In this document: one piece after another, positions 8,894-18,438 of the stretch
Layout: each line of letters begins with the position of its first letter
How positions within the stretch are numbered: position 1 is the stretch's first letter
Sequence record: NC_048047.1
Reading direction: 5' to 3' (one strand)
DNA: 64,000 bases
Notes under the pieces: generated by a model
Databases searched by the model: none
The model's input: the letters and a program-made list of their open reading frames with translations, nothing else
What the model was told of the DNA's origin: nothing
Made by a program: the position numbers and the translations under genes

Positions 8894-9253
8894 ATGACCA
8901 CCAACTCCACCACCAGCAAGCCGGAATTCTTGGCGGCCAACCCCGCCACGGCAAACCTCTTCGACATCGCCCGTGTCGGTGCGCCCTTGCTGGTGCTCGG
9001 TGCGGCTGTCTCGATCTTCGCGGCGCTGCTCACCTTGGGCCTGCACGCCTGGGTCAACCCCTCCATCCCTGTCGTGGGCTTTGGACCCGCCGCGTTCTTC
9101 GCGGCCGTCCTGGTCCTCTACATCAGCCTGCAAAGCCTGATCGCCTCGACGCTGCTGAGCGTCCTGGGCGTGGCCGGCGAAGTCATGGCTGCCGGGGAGC
9201 AGGCCAGAACCGTGTCGTCGGAAGACGTCAAGAAGTTCTTGAGCCTTCGCTGA
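8894..9253 (+). CDS. Hypothetical membrane protein (2-3 TM)
   Basis: Long hydrophobic stretches; promoter directly upstream. Confidence 0.6.
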   Translation: MTTNSTTSKPEFLAANPATANLFDIARVGAPLLVLGAAVSIFAALLTLGLHAWVNPSIPVVGFGPAAFFAAVLVLYISLQSLIASTLLSVLGVAGEVMAAGEQARTVSSEDVKKFLSLR

Positions 9254-9312
9254 TCGGCGACGCCGATCGGTCACGAACAATCGCCAAGTCTAAGTCCAAT
9301 CGAAGGCTAAGT

Positions 9313-9900
9313 ATGCTCCTCTTTTTCGACACCGAAACCACGGGCCTGTGGAACAAAGGCCTGCCGATGGGCTCGCCCGAGCAGCCCAAGATCGTCCAGA
9401 TCGCCGCCCTCCTGACCGAGGATGACGGCACCGAGGTTCAGAGCCTGAACTTCATCGTCCGCCAGGACCACGTGCCCGAAAAGGCCGCCGCCGTCCACGG
9501 CATCACCACCGACGTCTCCCAGCGCCTGGGCCTCAACGAGGGCACCGTCCTCACCGTGTTCGAGGAACTGCTGATGCTGGCCGACGTCGTCGTCGCCCAC
9601 AACGACGAGTACGATCGTCAGGTCGTCCTCAACGCCATCGCCCTGATCGACCAGAAGATTTCCGACCCGTTCGCGGGCAAGAAGGCCTTCTGCACGATGA
9701 AGGCCTCCACGCCGATCTGCAAGATCAAGGGGCCGCGCGGCTACAAGTGGCCCAAGCTGATCGAGGCCCACCAAATCCTCCTCGGCGAAGGCTTCGACGG
9801 CGCCCACGACGCCCTGGCCGACGTCCGCGCCTGCAAGCGCGTCTTCTTCAAGCTCCAGGAAATCATCGCCGAGCGCATCGCTGCGCAGAAGGCCGCCTGA
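9313..9900 (+). CDS. DEDDh 3'-5' exonuclease (DnaQ-like)
   Basis: 'FFDTETTG', 'AHNDEYD', 'AHDALADV'. Confidence 0.92.
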   Translation: MLLFFDTETTGLWNKGLPMGSPEQPKIVQIAALLTEDDGTEVQSLNFIVRQDHVPEKAAAVHGITTDVSQRLGLNEGTVLTVFEELLMLADVVVAHNDEYDRQVVLNAIALIDQKISDPFAGKKAFCTMKASTPICKIKGPRGYKWPKLIEAHQILLGEGFDGAHDALADVRACKRVFFKLQEIIAERIAAQKAA

Positions 9901-10001
9901 TGCCCTGGTTCATGGTCATCACGATCATGATCGGCGTCACCTGGATGATCCTGCCGCCGGGCGGGGACCCGCCCAACAACTCTGGCCTCGCGCCTGTTTA
10001 A
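9900..10001 (+). CDS. Small membrane peptide (33 aa)
   Basis: TGATG coupling to upstream stop; hydrophobic 'MPWFMVITIMIGVTWMIL'. Confidence 0.45.
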   Translation: MPWFMVITIMIGVTWMILPPGGDPPNNSGLAPV

Positions 10002-10010
10002 GACCTCCAT

Positions 10011-11102
10011 ATGACCGCTATCAACTTCGCCAAGGGCTTCGACGAATATGTCGCCGCCCACCAAAAGAAGTGGCGTCACGACCGCTCTAAGAGCGTGGGC
10101 GCGTCCGAAGCCTTCGGGTGCCTGCGCAAGGCGTGGTTTGGCAAGCACAACACGCCCAAGGATCGCAACCACAAGGACGACTGGGGCGCCCTCAAGCGCG
10201 GCGACGTGATGGAGGAGCACTGGGTCGAGCCGGTCGTCAAGTGGTACCTGGACCAGCTTCCCGGCAACGTGCGGCTGATCTGGGGCGGCAAGCATCAGCG
10301 CACCTTGGTCGGCAAGACCGCGCCGGCTTCGGCCACGCCGGACGGGCTCATCATCGACGCGGATGATGACGCCCTGGCGCTCTACGGTATTCCGAGCCTT
10401 GGCGGTACGGGATGCTTCAATTTCGAAATCAAGTCCATCGATCCGAGAGTAAATCTCAAGGAAGAGAAGGGCATCCATCGCGGTCAGACGATCATGCAGA
10501 TGGGACTCACTCGTGAGTTGACTTCGTATCGCCCGAACTATGCTCTGATCATCTACGTAGATGCGTCGTTTTACAGCGACATGAACTTCTACGTGATCCC
10601 GTTCAGCCAAGAAACCTTCGAGGCGGGCAAAGAGCGCGCCAAGCAGGCCTTCGAGGTCAAGAGCGTCGCCGACATCTTCCCGGAAGGCAAGCTGGACGGC
10701 TCGTGCGACTACTGCCCCTACACCACCGCCTGTTCGGTCGCCAATGGCGAGGCCACCCCGACCGACGGCGTCACGACGGAGACGAACACCCCGTCCCCGA
10801 TCGTCAAGGAATTCGAGGACCTGATTTTCCTGGAGCGAGAGCTTTCGGCGGAGAAGAAGGTCGCGGAGAAGGCCCACAAGGAGGCCCAGGAACGGCTCAA
10901 AGAGCTTTTCCGAGAGGTCGGCACCCGGCGTTTCCAAGTCGGAGACATCAAGGCGTCGATCACCTGGAACAAGGGCAAAAAGTCCTTGGACCGTAAGGCT
11001 ATGGAAGAAGACGGCATCGACCTGTCTCCCTACGAAAAGGAAGGCAATGGTTTCGACACCCTGCGGATCACCGAAAAGGGGTCCGGGGTCGACGACACCT
11101 AA
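10011..11102 (+). CDS. Cas4/RecB-like PD-(D/E)XK exonuclease
   Basis: 'TPDGL', 'FEIKS', 'GQTIMQM' and Cys cluster 'C...CDYCPY..AC'. Confidence 0.75.
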   Translation: MTAINFAKGFDEYVAAHQKKWRHDRSKSVGASEAFGCLRKAWFGKHNTPKDRNHKDDWGALKRGDVMEEHWVEPVVKWYLDQLPGNVRLIWGGKHQRTLVGKTAPASATPDGLIIDADDDALALYGIPSLGGTGCFNFEIKSIDPRVNLKEEKGIHRGQTIMQMGLTRELTSYRPNYALIIYVDASFYSDMNFYVIPFSQETFEAGKERAKQAFEVKSVADIFPEGKLDGSCDYCPYTTACSVANGEATPTDGVTTETNTPSPIVKEFEDLIFLERELSAEKKVAEKAHKEAQERLKELFREVGTRRFQVGDIKASITWNKGKKSLDRKAMEEDGIDLSPYEKEGNGFDTLRITEKGSGVDDT

Positions 11103-11106
11103 CGCG

Positions 11107-11320
11107 TAAGAGCACGGTAAGCGTACTCTAAGCTAAGCCAAGCTAATCCCAGACTAATGTCACGGTAAGCTAAGCCAAAGCTACGTCTAAGACCATCTAC
11201 GATAAGAACAAGTCCAAGCCAAAGCTAAGACTGCACTAAGCCTAAGACGAAGGCACCTCCACCAAAATTTAAGACCACCCTGCCGGCGGCATGTCGCCGC
11301 CGGCCAATCCCAAGGATAAG
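11107..11320 (+). repeat. Cluster of 13 same-strand TAAG motifs in the leader of the SSB-like gene
   Basis: TAAG counted by eye at 11107, 11118, 11129, 11134, 11166, 11171, 11188, 11203, 11226, 11237, 11243, 11270, 11317; CACGGTAAGC twice. Confidence 0.85.
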
Positions 11321-11321
11321 T

Positions 11322-12176
11322 ATGTCCACCCAACTCACCACCACCTCGTCGAGCTTCATCGCGGCCACCGACGACGCCTTCGCCCTGCTGTCGGAAGTCG
11401 CCAATGAAATGGGCGGCGGCTCGGGCGTCTTCCTGAAGTTCAACGGCAATGACGGCCTGTTCACCTACGGCGCCACCGGCGACGAACTGCCCCTGGGCTC
11501 GCAACTGGCCTTCAACGGCATGTCGCTGGAACGCGGCTGGATTTGCTGGAAGGACGAAGAAGTCGTCGGCGAGGAGATGGTCTCGTTCCTGACCGGCAAG
11601 CCGAAGGACAAGAGCCAACTGCCCGACAACGGCCCCTACGAGTCCAACCAGGACGGCTGGCAGGAGCAGATGGCGGTCACCTTCAAGATGACCGAGGCCC
11701 CGTTCCACGAACTGTCGTTCAAGGCCACCGGCGTGACCAAGCTGAACGCCGTCAAGCGGCTGGTCCAGGACTACATCAAGTCGATGAAGGCCAATCCGGG
11801 CCTGATCCCGATCGTCGAGATCGATGAGACCGAGTTCGAGTCCAAGGCCAAGGGCGCCCGTGGCGCGCGCAAGCACGCCCCGGTCTTCAAGATCGTGGCC
11901 TGGGTCACCGAGCAGCAACTGCTGGACGCCCAAGAAGGCGCTGAAGGCGAGTACGAGGCCGAGCCGGAACCCGCGCCGGCGCCGAAGGCCCTGGCCGCCC
12001 CGAAGGCTGCTGCTGCCGCCAAGCCGGCCGCTCGCCGCGCTGCGCCGGCTCCCGAGCCGGAACCGGTGGCTGAAGAAGACGACGCCGGCGCCTACGAAGA
12101 CGAGGCCGAAGCCGAACCGGCCCCCGCGCCGGCGCCGAACCCGCGTCAAGCCGCCGCCCGTCGCGGTCGCTTCTAG
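11322..12176 (+). CDS. Putative single-stranded DNA-binding protein
   Basis: Aromatic beta-rich core, very acidic Ala/Pro tail ending in Phe, located among replication genes. Confidence 0.6.
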   Translation: MSTQLTTTSSSFIAATDDAFALLSEVANEMGGGSGVFLKFNGNDGLFTYGATGDELPLGSQLAFNGMSLERGWICWKDEEVVGEEMVSFLTGKPKDKSQLPDNGPYESNQDGWQEQMAVTFKMTEAPFHELSFKATGVTKLNAVKRLVQDYIKSMKANPGLIPIVEIDETEFESKAKGARGARKHAPVFKIVAWVTEQQLLDAQEGAEGEYEAEPEPAPAPKALAAPKAAAAAKPAARRAAPAPEPEPVAEEDDAGAYEDEAEAEPAPAPAPNPRQAAARRGRF

Positions 12177-12199
12177 GCCTTAGCGCCCACTACCCCGAA

Positions 12200-12230
12200 G
12201 GCCCGTCCACTCCGGTGGACGGGCCACCTT
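12200..12230 (+). terminator. Hairpin terminator
   Basis: GGCCCGTCCAC-tccg-GTGGACGGGCC after the SSB stop; weak U-tract. Confidence 0.6.
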
Positions 12231-12260
12231 CTACCCCGACAATTTGAAGAGAGGACTCCC

Positions 12261-12845
12261 ATGACGACGTTCGTGGCGTTTCCCAAGATCGCGCGTCTGA
12301 ACCGCGAGATCGTGATCACCGAAAAGCTCGACGGCACCAACGCCCAGGTCGAGATCAACGATGCTGGCGACGATATCGTCTCGGCCGGCTCGCGTAACCG
12401 CTACATCACCCCCGAGATGGACAACCACGGCTTTGCGCGCTGGGTGCGCGACAACCGTGACGAACTGATCAAGCTCGGGCCGGGCCGCCACTACGGTGAA
12501 TGGTGGGGCAACGGCATCCAGCACGGCTACGGCCTGGGCAAGGGCGACAAGCGCTTCTCCCTCTTCAACGTCAGCCGCTGGGAAGACCCCGAGACGCGCC
12601 CGGCCTGCTGCGGCGTCGTGCCGGTCCTCTACCGTGGCCTGTTTTCGGAAGACGCCATCCAGGCTGCTGTCGAACGCCTGCGCACCGAAGGTTCGGTCGC
12701 CGCGCCCGGCTGGATGCGCCCCGAAGGCGTCATCGTCTATCACACCGCTGCTGGCACCCTCTTCAAGGTCACCCTGGAGAAGGACGCCGCGCCCAAGTCC
12801 ACCTACGACGCCGAGCACGCGGCGCGCATCGCCCAGGCGGCCTAG
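12261..12845 (+). CDS. RNA ligase, Rnl2-like nucleotidyltransferase domain
   Basis: Motif I 'EKLDGTN', 'GEWWG', motif IV 'EGVIV', motif V 'FKV'. Confidence 0.8.
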   Translation: MTTFVAFPKIARLNREIVITEKLDGTNAQVEINDAGDDIVSAGSRNRYITPEMDNHGFARWVRDNRDELIKLGPGRHYGEWWGNGIQHGYGLGKGDKRFSLFNVSRWEDPETRPACCGVVPVLYRGLFSEDAIQAAVERLRTEGSVAAPGWMRPEGVIVYHTAAGTLFKVTLEKDAAPKSTYDAEHAARIAQAA

Positions 12846-12846
12846 C

Positions 12847-13041
12847 ATGAGCACCGCTGCCTGGATTGACGCCATTTTCGGCGACGGGTTCGTCGACACG
12901 CGCACCCCCTCTCAGAAGAGGATCGACGACATCATTGGTGGTGTCGCCATCGTCGTGGCCCTGGCTGTCTCCGCCACGCCCTGGCTCATCGGCATCTTCG
13001 TGATCCTCCGCTGGCTGGCCAAGCTCGGAGGCGTCATCTGA
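12847..13041 (+). CDS. Small membrane protein
   Basis: C-terminal hydrophobic helices; tightly packed between neighbours. Confidence 0.55.
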   Translation: MSTAAWIDAIFGDGFVDTRTPSQKRIDDIIGGVAIVVALAVSATPWLIGIFVILRWLAKLGGVI

Positions 13042-14363
13042 TGCAGCTTTCCGGTCAACAGGAAGAGGCGATCAAGGTTATCGTCAAGCGCCTCGCCGGC
13101 GACTACCCCGAGCCCCTGACCTATCTGGCTGGCTATGCCGGCACGGGTAAGTCGACCATTCTGCCGTTCATCATCGCCTCGCTGAGCTTTGATCCCAAGG
13201 ACATCGCCTTCTTGGCGCCGACGGGCAAGGCCGCCAAGGTCATGACCCAGAAGCTGATGGCCCAGGGTTTCAAGCTCTCGGCCGCCGCCACGATCCACTC
13301 GGCGATCTACCGTGCGCGCCCCGCGCCGATCTCGCAACTGGAGGCAGAGCTTTACGAGGCCCAGACCAGTCGTGAGCGCCTGAAGCTGAACGGCGGGCAA
13401 CCCGAGGCGATCAACGCGCTGACGCGCACCATCAATCGCCTGGAGAAGGAACTGGACGACCTCTACACCGAGGAGAAAATCCACTTCCAACTCAACCCCG
13501 ACAGCATCGTCAAGGACAAGAAGCTCATCGTCGTCGACGAAGCGTCGATGGTGGGTCGCAGCATCGCCGACGATCTGCTCTACTTCGGCGTACCGATCCT
13601 GGCCATGGGCGATCCGGGCCAGCTTCCACCGGTCCAGGACGATGCGGGCCTCACCGCAGGCGAGCCGGACTACTTCCTGACCGAAATCCACCGTCAGGCG
13701 GCCGACAACCCGATTCTGCAACTGGCGACCATGGCGCGCCAGGGCAAGATTCTGGTCCCCGGCGTCTACGGCGATGGGCGTGCCGTGGTCATGAAGCGCC
13801 GCGACTTCAACAACGGGCATTTTGACTGGGACGCACCGGCGCCGCAGTTCATCGTCGGAACAAACGCCACGCGCTGGCGCGTCACCAAGATGCTGCGCCA
13901 GGGCTACTGCGTGCCTGGAGCGGAGCACCCCAATTCCGGCCCGCAGGAAGGCGAGCCGCTGATCATCTGCAAGAACAACCGCGCCTATCCGACCCTGGTT
14001 AACGGCACCGAGGTCGACGCGGTCGCCTCGCACATGCTCCACAAGGGCCAGACCACCTTCCCGTTCAAAATCCAGGACGAGGACGGGCGCAAGTACGAGA
14101 TCAATGCCTTCCAGGGCCTGTTCGAGGAGCACTACGCCGGCAAGAAGAACGCCTTCTCGTCGACGTCGCGCTCGGCCTTCAAGGCCCGCAAGAACTCCGT
14201 CGAACTGGACTGGGGCTGGGCGATCACCTGCCACAAGTCTCAGGGTTCCCAATACCCCGAAGTCGTCGTCATCGACGAGAGCGGGGTCTTCCGCGACGAC
14301 AGCGCCAAGTGGGCCTACACGGCCATCACCCGCGCGGCCGAAAAACTCACCATCCTGGTCTAG
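13041..14363 (+). CDS. SF1B helicase (Dda/RecD-like)
   Basis: 'GYAGTGKST', 'APTGKAA', 'VDEASM', 'GDPGQLPPV', 'ITCHKSQGS', 'YTAITRA'. Confidence 0.93.
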   Translation: MQLSGQQEEAIKVIVKRLAGDYPEPLTYLAGYAGTGKSTILPFIIASLSFDPKDIAFLAPTGKAAKVMTQKLMAQGFKLSAAATIHSAIYRARPAPISQLEAELYEAQTSRERLKLNGGQPEAINALTRTINRLEKELDDLYTEEKIHFQLNPDSIVKDKKLIVVDEASMVGRSIADDLLYFGVPILAMGDPGQLPPVQDDAGLTAGEPDYFLTEIHRQAADNPILQLATMARQGKILVPGVYGDGRAVVMKRRDFNNGHFDWDAPAPQFIVGTNATRWRVTKMLRQGYCVPGAEHPNSGPQEGEPLIICKNNRAYPTLVNGTEVDAVASHMLHKGQTTFPFKIQDEDGRKYEINAFQGLFEEHYAGKKNAFSSTSRSAFKARKNSVELDWGWAITCHKSQGSQYPEVVVIDESGVFRDDSAKWAYTAITRAAEKLTILV

Positions 14364-14374
14364 GGATTTTCTCC

Positions 14375-14917
14375 ATGCAAATCATCGCCTTCAATGGCAA
14401 GAGGGGCGCCGGCAAGGACACCGCCGCCGACGTCCTGGTCGAGCAGGGCTACACCCGGTTCGCGCTCACCGACCTGACGAAGGCGATCGTTCGTGACGTC
14501 TTTGGCGTCACGGTCGAGGAGCAGACCGATCGGGTCCTCAAGGAAACGCGCCTCAAGCGCTACCCGTACAAGAGCCCCCGCGAACTCGACAGGCTGGTGG
14601 CCGAAGAGATGTTCCGCGAGGTCTTTGACCCGGACGTCTGGTGCCACTACGCCGTACGCGAAATCCGCAAGCTGAAGGCCGCTGGCGTCAAGAAGATCGT
14701 GATCCCAGACGTGCGGCGCCCCAACGAGGCGGCGTTCCTGCGTGACGCCTTCGAGAGCGCCGTGACGATCATCAAGATCGTCAATCCGCGCCTGCGCAAC
14801 AACGACAGCCATCCCTCGGAAACCGAGGTCGACGACGTGGTGCCCAACATTACGATCTACAACGAGCGGGCCGTCAACGACCTCAAGCAGGCCGTCCTGG
14901 CCATCACCGAGGACTAA
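14375..14917 (+). CDS. Deoxynucleoside monophosphate kinase
   Basis: 'IIAFNGKRGAGKDTAA', 'IPDVRRPNEA', 'HPSE'. Confidence 0.85.
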   Translation: MQIIAFNGKRGAGKDTAADVLVEQGYTRFALTDLTKAIVRDVFGVTVEEQTDRVLKETRLKRYPYKSPRELDRLVAEEMFREVFDPDVWCHYAVREIRKLKAAGVKKIVIPDVRRPNEAAFLRDAFESAVTIIKIVNPRLRNNDSHPSETEVDDVVPNITIYNERAVNDLKQAVLAITED

Positions 14918-14923
14918 GGCCTC

Positions 14924-15853
14924 ATGTTCACCTCCAAGCAAGACGCCTCCAAGGCAATCTCGATCACCGCCTCGATCCTTCCCAATGGCGTTCGGGTCGA
15001 TAGCGCCCAGCTTCGCTACTGGCGACCGATCCACGGCGAGTTCATGACCCACCGGGATTTCTCGCGCAACGGCGCCTCGGGACGGGCGGTGCCTGTCGGC
15101 GCGGTCCTGGCGCGTGACGAGGTCTACATCCCTCAGTTCAAGCACAACAAGCCCGGCATGCAGCCGGGCGAGTACCTATCGCCCGAGAAGCAGGCGCGCG
15201 CCGAGAAGGCGTGGCTGAAGGCCGTCGGTGCCTGCCGCGAGATGGCCGCCGTCCTTTCGGACAAGGACGACCTCAACGTCCACAAGCAGTGGCCCAACCG
15301 CATGATCGAGTGGTTCGGCTGGATCGATGTGCTGGTGACCTCCACCCGCTGGTCCAACTGGGACGCGCTGCGGATGCACCCCGAGGCCCAGGACGAGATC
15401 AGGTTCCTGGCCGAAGCCCTCTACGAGGCGCGCCGCGACGCCAAGGTTCAAATCCTCAAGCCGGGCGAGTGGCATAAGCCCTACGTCCGCGAAGAGGATG
15501 GCGAGACGGTCGACAGGATGCTGCGCAACCAGGACCTGCCCGATGACGTGCGCGAGGCGCTCCACCTGATGGACACCCGCGACCTCAAGGACGTCTCGGT
15601 GCGTGAAAAGGTTCTCCTGGCGATCTCGGCCGCCCGCGCCTGCCGCGTCTCCTACGCCAAGATGGATGGCTCGCCCACCACCCTGGCCGACGACATGCGC
15701 CGCTTCCTGCTGCTGGCCAAGTCCAAGCCGATGCACGCCAGCCCGCTGGAGCATCAGTGCCGTGAACTGACCATGTTCGACTCGCCGCGCCTGCAAGGCA
15801 ATCTGCTGGGCACGGTGCAGTTCCGCAAGTGCTTCCCCCACGAGTGCCAGTGA
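14924..15853 (+). CDS. thyX: FAD-dependent thymidylate synthase
   Basis: 'FMTHRDFSRNGASGRA' ThyX motif; 'ARACRVSY' and 'HASPLEHQ' as in phage Thy1 proteins. Confidence 0.88.
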   Translation: MFTSKQDASKAISITASILPNGVRVDSAQLRYWRPIHGEFMTHRDFSRNGASGRAVPVGAVLARDEVYIPQFKHNKPGMQPGEYLSPEKQARAEKAWLKAVGACREMAAVLSDKDDLNVHKQWPNRMIEWFGWIDVLVTSTRWSNWDALRMHPEAQDEIRFLAEALYEARRDAKVQILKPGEWHKPYVREEDGETVDRMLRNQDLPDDVREALHLMDTRDLKDVSVREKVLLAISAARACRVSYAKMDGSPTTLADDMRRFLLLAKSKPMHASPLEHQCRELTMFDSPRLQGNLLGTVQFRKCFPHECQ

Positions 15854-16194
15854 TGAGCGGGCTCCAACAGCGCCTCTGGCTCTGGTTCCACGCCGCCTTT
15901 GGCGGCCGATGGAGCACACCTCAGGACCGCGCGCTGCGCGTTTTGGAGGAGGCGGTCGAACTGGCCCAGGCTGTCGGCATCATCCGAGGCGTGGCCCAGC
16001 ACATGGTCGAGCATGTCTACGACCGCCCGCCCGGCGAGCCTATCCAGGAACTGGCTGGTGTCCTCAACACCGTGCTGCTGACCGCCCAGGCCATGGGTGT
16101 GGATGCCGAACATGCCGGCGAATATGAACTCCAACAAGCCTGGGGCCGGATCGATGAAATCCGGGCCAAGCAACCCGGCAAGGTGATGCTGTGA
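15853..16194 (+). CDS. MazG-like NTP pyrophosphohydrolase
   Basis: All-helical 'RVLEEAVELAQA...QELAGV' EExxE pattern. Confidence 0.6.
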   Translation: MSGLQQRLWLWFHAAFGGRWSTPQDRALRVLEEAVELAQAVGIIRGVAQHMVEHVYDRPPGEPIQELAGVLNTVLLTAQAMGVDAEHAGEYELQQAWGRIDEIRAKQPGKVML

Positions 16195-16337
16195 TCTGGT
16201 GGCTCCTCGGTGGCGCGGTCGGCGTCGGCATCATCTGGTGGCTCGTCCGCGTTGGCGCGGGCCTCTTCCTGCTGGAGGTCGCTGGCGAAATTCTCGAAGG
16301 TCTCGCCGACTGCCTGGGCGACATCAGCTTCGACTGA
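16191..16337 (+). CDS. Small membrane peptide (48 aa), absent from the ORF track
   Basis: Manual translation MIWWLLGGAVGVGIIWWLVRVGAGLFLLEVAGEILEGLADCLGDISFD; GTGA overlap with upstream stop. Confidence 0.55.
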   Translation: MIWWLLGGAVGVGIIWWLVRVGAGLFLLEVAGEILEGLADCLGDISFD

Positions 16338-16436
16338 AGAAAGTACGCGCGTCTCGTGACGTTGGGCTTGACCCGTGTCACGAACTGCGTCACACATTAA
16401 CCATAAGGCCGGAAAAGCCTTTCTGTTCGGTAGCGT

Positions 16437-16721
16437 ATGACCCTCGACACCCCCCAAGACGTTCACGTCCCCGAATTTGGCCTTGCGATCTATAAGATCG
16501 AGGGCGCCGAGTTCGATCAGGCCGCCCTGGACGTCCACGTCCCGGAATTTGCCTCGACGGAGGAACCGGCCTCGGCCGCACTCCTGCACGGGCTCGGCAT
16601 CATGATCCTCGACCACCAGGGCGAAATCGCCCGCATGGTCGATCTCCTCTTCGGCGACAAGCGGCCCTCCGAGGCCGAAGCCGTCCGCATGATCAACTCC
16701 CTGCTCCTGAAAGCCGCCTGA
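16437..16721 (+). CDS. Hypothetical protein
   Basis: Phage-like codon usage; first gene after a promoter. Confidence 0.6.
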   Translation: MTLDTPQDVHVPEFGLAIYKIEGAEFDQAALDVHVPEFASTEEPASAALLHGLGIMILDHQGEIARMVDLLFGDKRPSEAEAVRMINSLLLKAA

Positions 16722-17023
16722 TGTCCCAGCGTATCCCCGAAGCCATTCTCACCATTCATGACGATCTCGGCCAGCCCGGCAGCGTCCTGTTCTCGCTCGA
16801 TCTCGACATGGAGACCAACCCCGACAGCGAGGTCATCCCCTACAGCGACGTGGTCGCCCTGACCCTGTTCAACATCGCGCGGCGCCAGCCGGAGGCCTTC
16901 ACCGAGACCTACCTGCAAGTCCTGGGCTGTCTGGCGGAATTCGCCGAGGAAGTCCAGGGCGGCGCCGATCCCGAAAAGCTGGCGGCGATCCGCCAAAAGT
17001 GGGGCATTGAACTCCGTGCGTAA
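16721..17023 (+). CDS. Hypothetical protein
   Basis: TGATG coupling. Confidence 0.6.
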   Translation: MSQRIPEAILTIHDDLGQPGSVLFSLDLDMETNPDSEVIPYSDVVALTLFNIARRQPEAFTETYLQVLGCLAEFAEEVQGGADPEKLAAIRQKWGIELRA

Positions 17024-17459
17024 GCCAGACCTTGCTCTGATGCGTGCGAGCTTCGAGCAAGAGTTCGGAAGCGACGACGACGCGCTCGACATCGACGAGT
17101 TCGATAGCCAAGACGACATCGTCGATGTTGCCGAACCGGCCTCCGACATCGACTTCGACGATGAGGACGATGAGGACGAAGCCCCCGCAAAGGGGCGCAA
17201 GTCCAACCTTTCCAATCGCCTCCCCCGCGAAGACTTCGCTCCGGTCGCCTTCTTCGACGACCGCCCACCGCTGATCGAGCGTTGCCAGGAAATCCTCAAG
17301 GATCGGCTGAAGATCAAGAACGGCTGTTTCTTCCTGGATCGCAATCCCGTCCACACCGACAAGGTTGTGGAGGCCGCAGGCCTCCAGTACCTGGAAGACG
17401 AGGCGCCAATGCGCTCACCGCCGCCGCGCCGGCCTAAGCGTCGACGCAAGGTGCTGTGA
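17007..17459 (+). CDS. Hypothetical acidic protein with basic C-terminus
   Basis: D/E-rich N-terminus, 'RRPKRRRK' tail. Confidence 0.6.
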   Translation: MNSVRKPDLALMRASFEQEFGSDDDALDIDEFDSQDDIVDVAEPASDIDFDDEDDEDEAPAKGRKSNLSNRLPREDFAPVAFFDDRPPLIERCQEILKDRLKIKNGCFFLDRNPVHTDKVVEAAGLQYLEDEAPMRSPPPRRPKRRRKVL

Positions 17460-17752
17460 TGATGGGCTGGGAACCCATCTACGCCCTCATCGGCCTTCTG
17501 GTCTATGTCGGCATCATCGCCTATCTGCTGCTCGATCCGTCCGAAGACGACGAGAAGTGGCAGTTCCTGCTTTGGGGCATGGTGATCGGCCTCATGTGGG
17601 GACCGCTCCTGGCGCTGGCCATCGTCTTCGGCGTCATCCCGGAGGGTTTCAAGGCCCTTCATCGGTGGATTCACAAGGATCGCAGCAAGCCCATCCCGCC
17701 GCCGCCCAAGAAGGTGACGCCGGCTGGTAAGCTCGCGATCGATAAGGACTAG
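17456..17752 (+). CDS. Hypothetical membrane protein (2 TM)
   Basis: Two hydrophobic helices; overlap with upstream stop. Confidence 0.6.
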   Translation: MMMGWEPIYALIGLLVYVGIIAYLLLDPSEDDEKWQFLLWGMVIGLMWGPLLALAIVFGVIPEGFKALHRWIHKDRSKPIPPPPKKVTPAGKLAIDKD

Positions 17753-17756
17753 GTCC

Positions 17757-18038
17757 GTGGTGGAGATCACCCGCAAGACCGTGGTCGTCAATGTCAACCG
17801 GCAGACGATCGACGCCAACTCCAAGAAGGCCCGCCTCGGCGAGCCTTCGGAGCCGGCCGCTCCCATCCGTGTCCAGAAAGGCAAGAGCGGCAAGGCCACC
17901 TATGGTTCCGAGGTGGCCATCCTGGACGCCCAGGGCGAGGAAGTCGCCCGTTTCATCTACAACCCGCAAGGCGCTCTTGTCTCCTGCGGCGCCCGGCTGG
18001 TGCTGGTCGCTCACCACGGGGCCAAGGTGGTCGCCTAG
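17757..18038 (+). CDS. Hypothetical protein
   Basis: Phage-like codon usage, operonic spacing. Confidence 0.6.
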   Translation: MVEITRKTVVVNVNRQTIDANSKKARLGEPSEPAAPIRVQKGKSGKATYGSEVAILDAQGEEVARFIYNPQGALVSCGARLVLVAHHGAKVVA

Positions 18039-18050
18039 GAAATCTCAATC

Positions 18051-18242
18051 ATGTTCAAGCTCCTCCTGGCCATTCTGTCGATCCTCTCCGGGATCGCTGC
18101 GATCGCCATCCCCGTCGTGGCGTGGTTCACGCACGTCATCCATTGCCTCATGACCCATGACTGGGTGTTCCTGATCGTCGGCGCCCTGGCCTTCCCCGTG
18201 GCCATCATCCACGGCATCGGCATCTGGTTCGGTCTCTGGTAG
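18051..18242 (+). CDS. Small membrane protein
   Basis: Almost entirely hydrophobic 63 aa. Confidence 0.6.
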   Translation: MFKLLLAILSILSGIAAIAIPVVAWFTHVIHCLMTHDWVFLIVGALAFPVAIIHGIGIWFGLW

Positions 18243-18438
18243 AGGCCGTCACCGACGACCGCCTGAGGCGGGAGTTCAAGAAGCTCCTGACCCAGGGGTT
18301 CTACGTCGTCGACGAAGACGGCGTCGTCCTGGAGGGCGAGGCGCATGACGCCGCCCTCCAGATCACCAAGCTCTGGCGAGGCGATCTCTGGAAAGCCTTC
18401 CGCCGATTGGAAGACCGGCTTTGGCCGGATCAAGCACC

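Noticed and set aside
10011-11320. Cas4-like gene plus adjacent repeats as a CRISPR-related locus
   Set aside because: Repeats are 4-10 nt and irregular, with no repeat-spacer periodicity; stand-alone Cas4-like nucleases are common in phages. No CRISPR array was seen in the window.
16459-16551. Duplicated DVHVPEF heptapeptide in a small ORF
   Set aside because: A single short internal duplication with no evidence of function.
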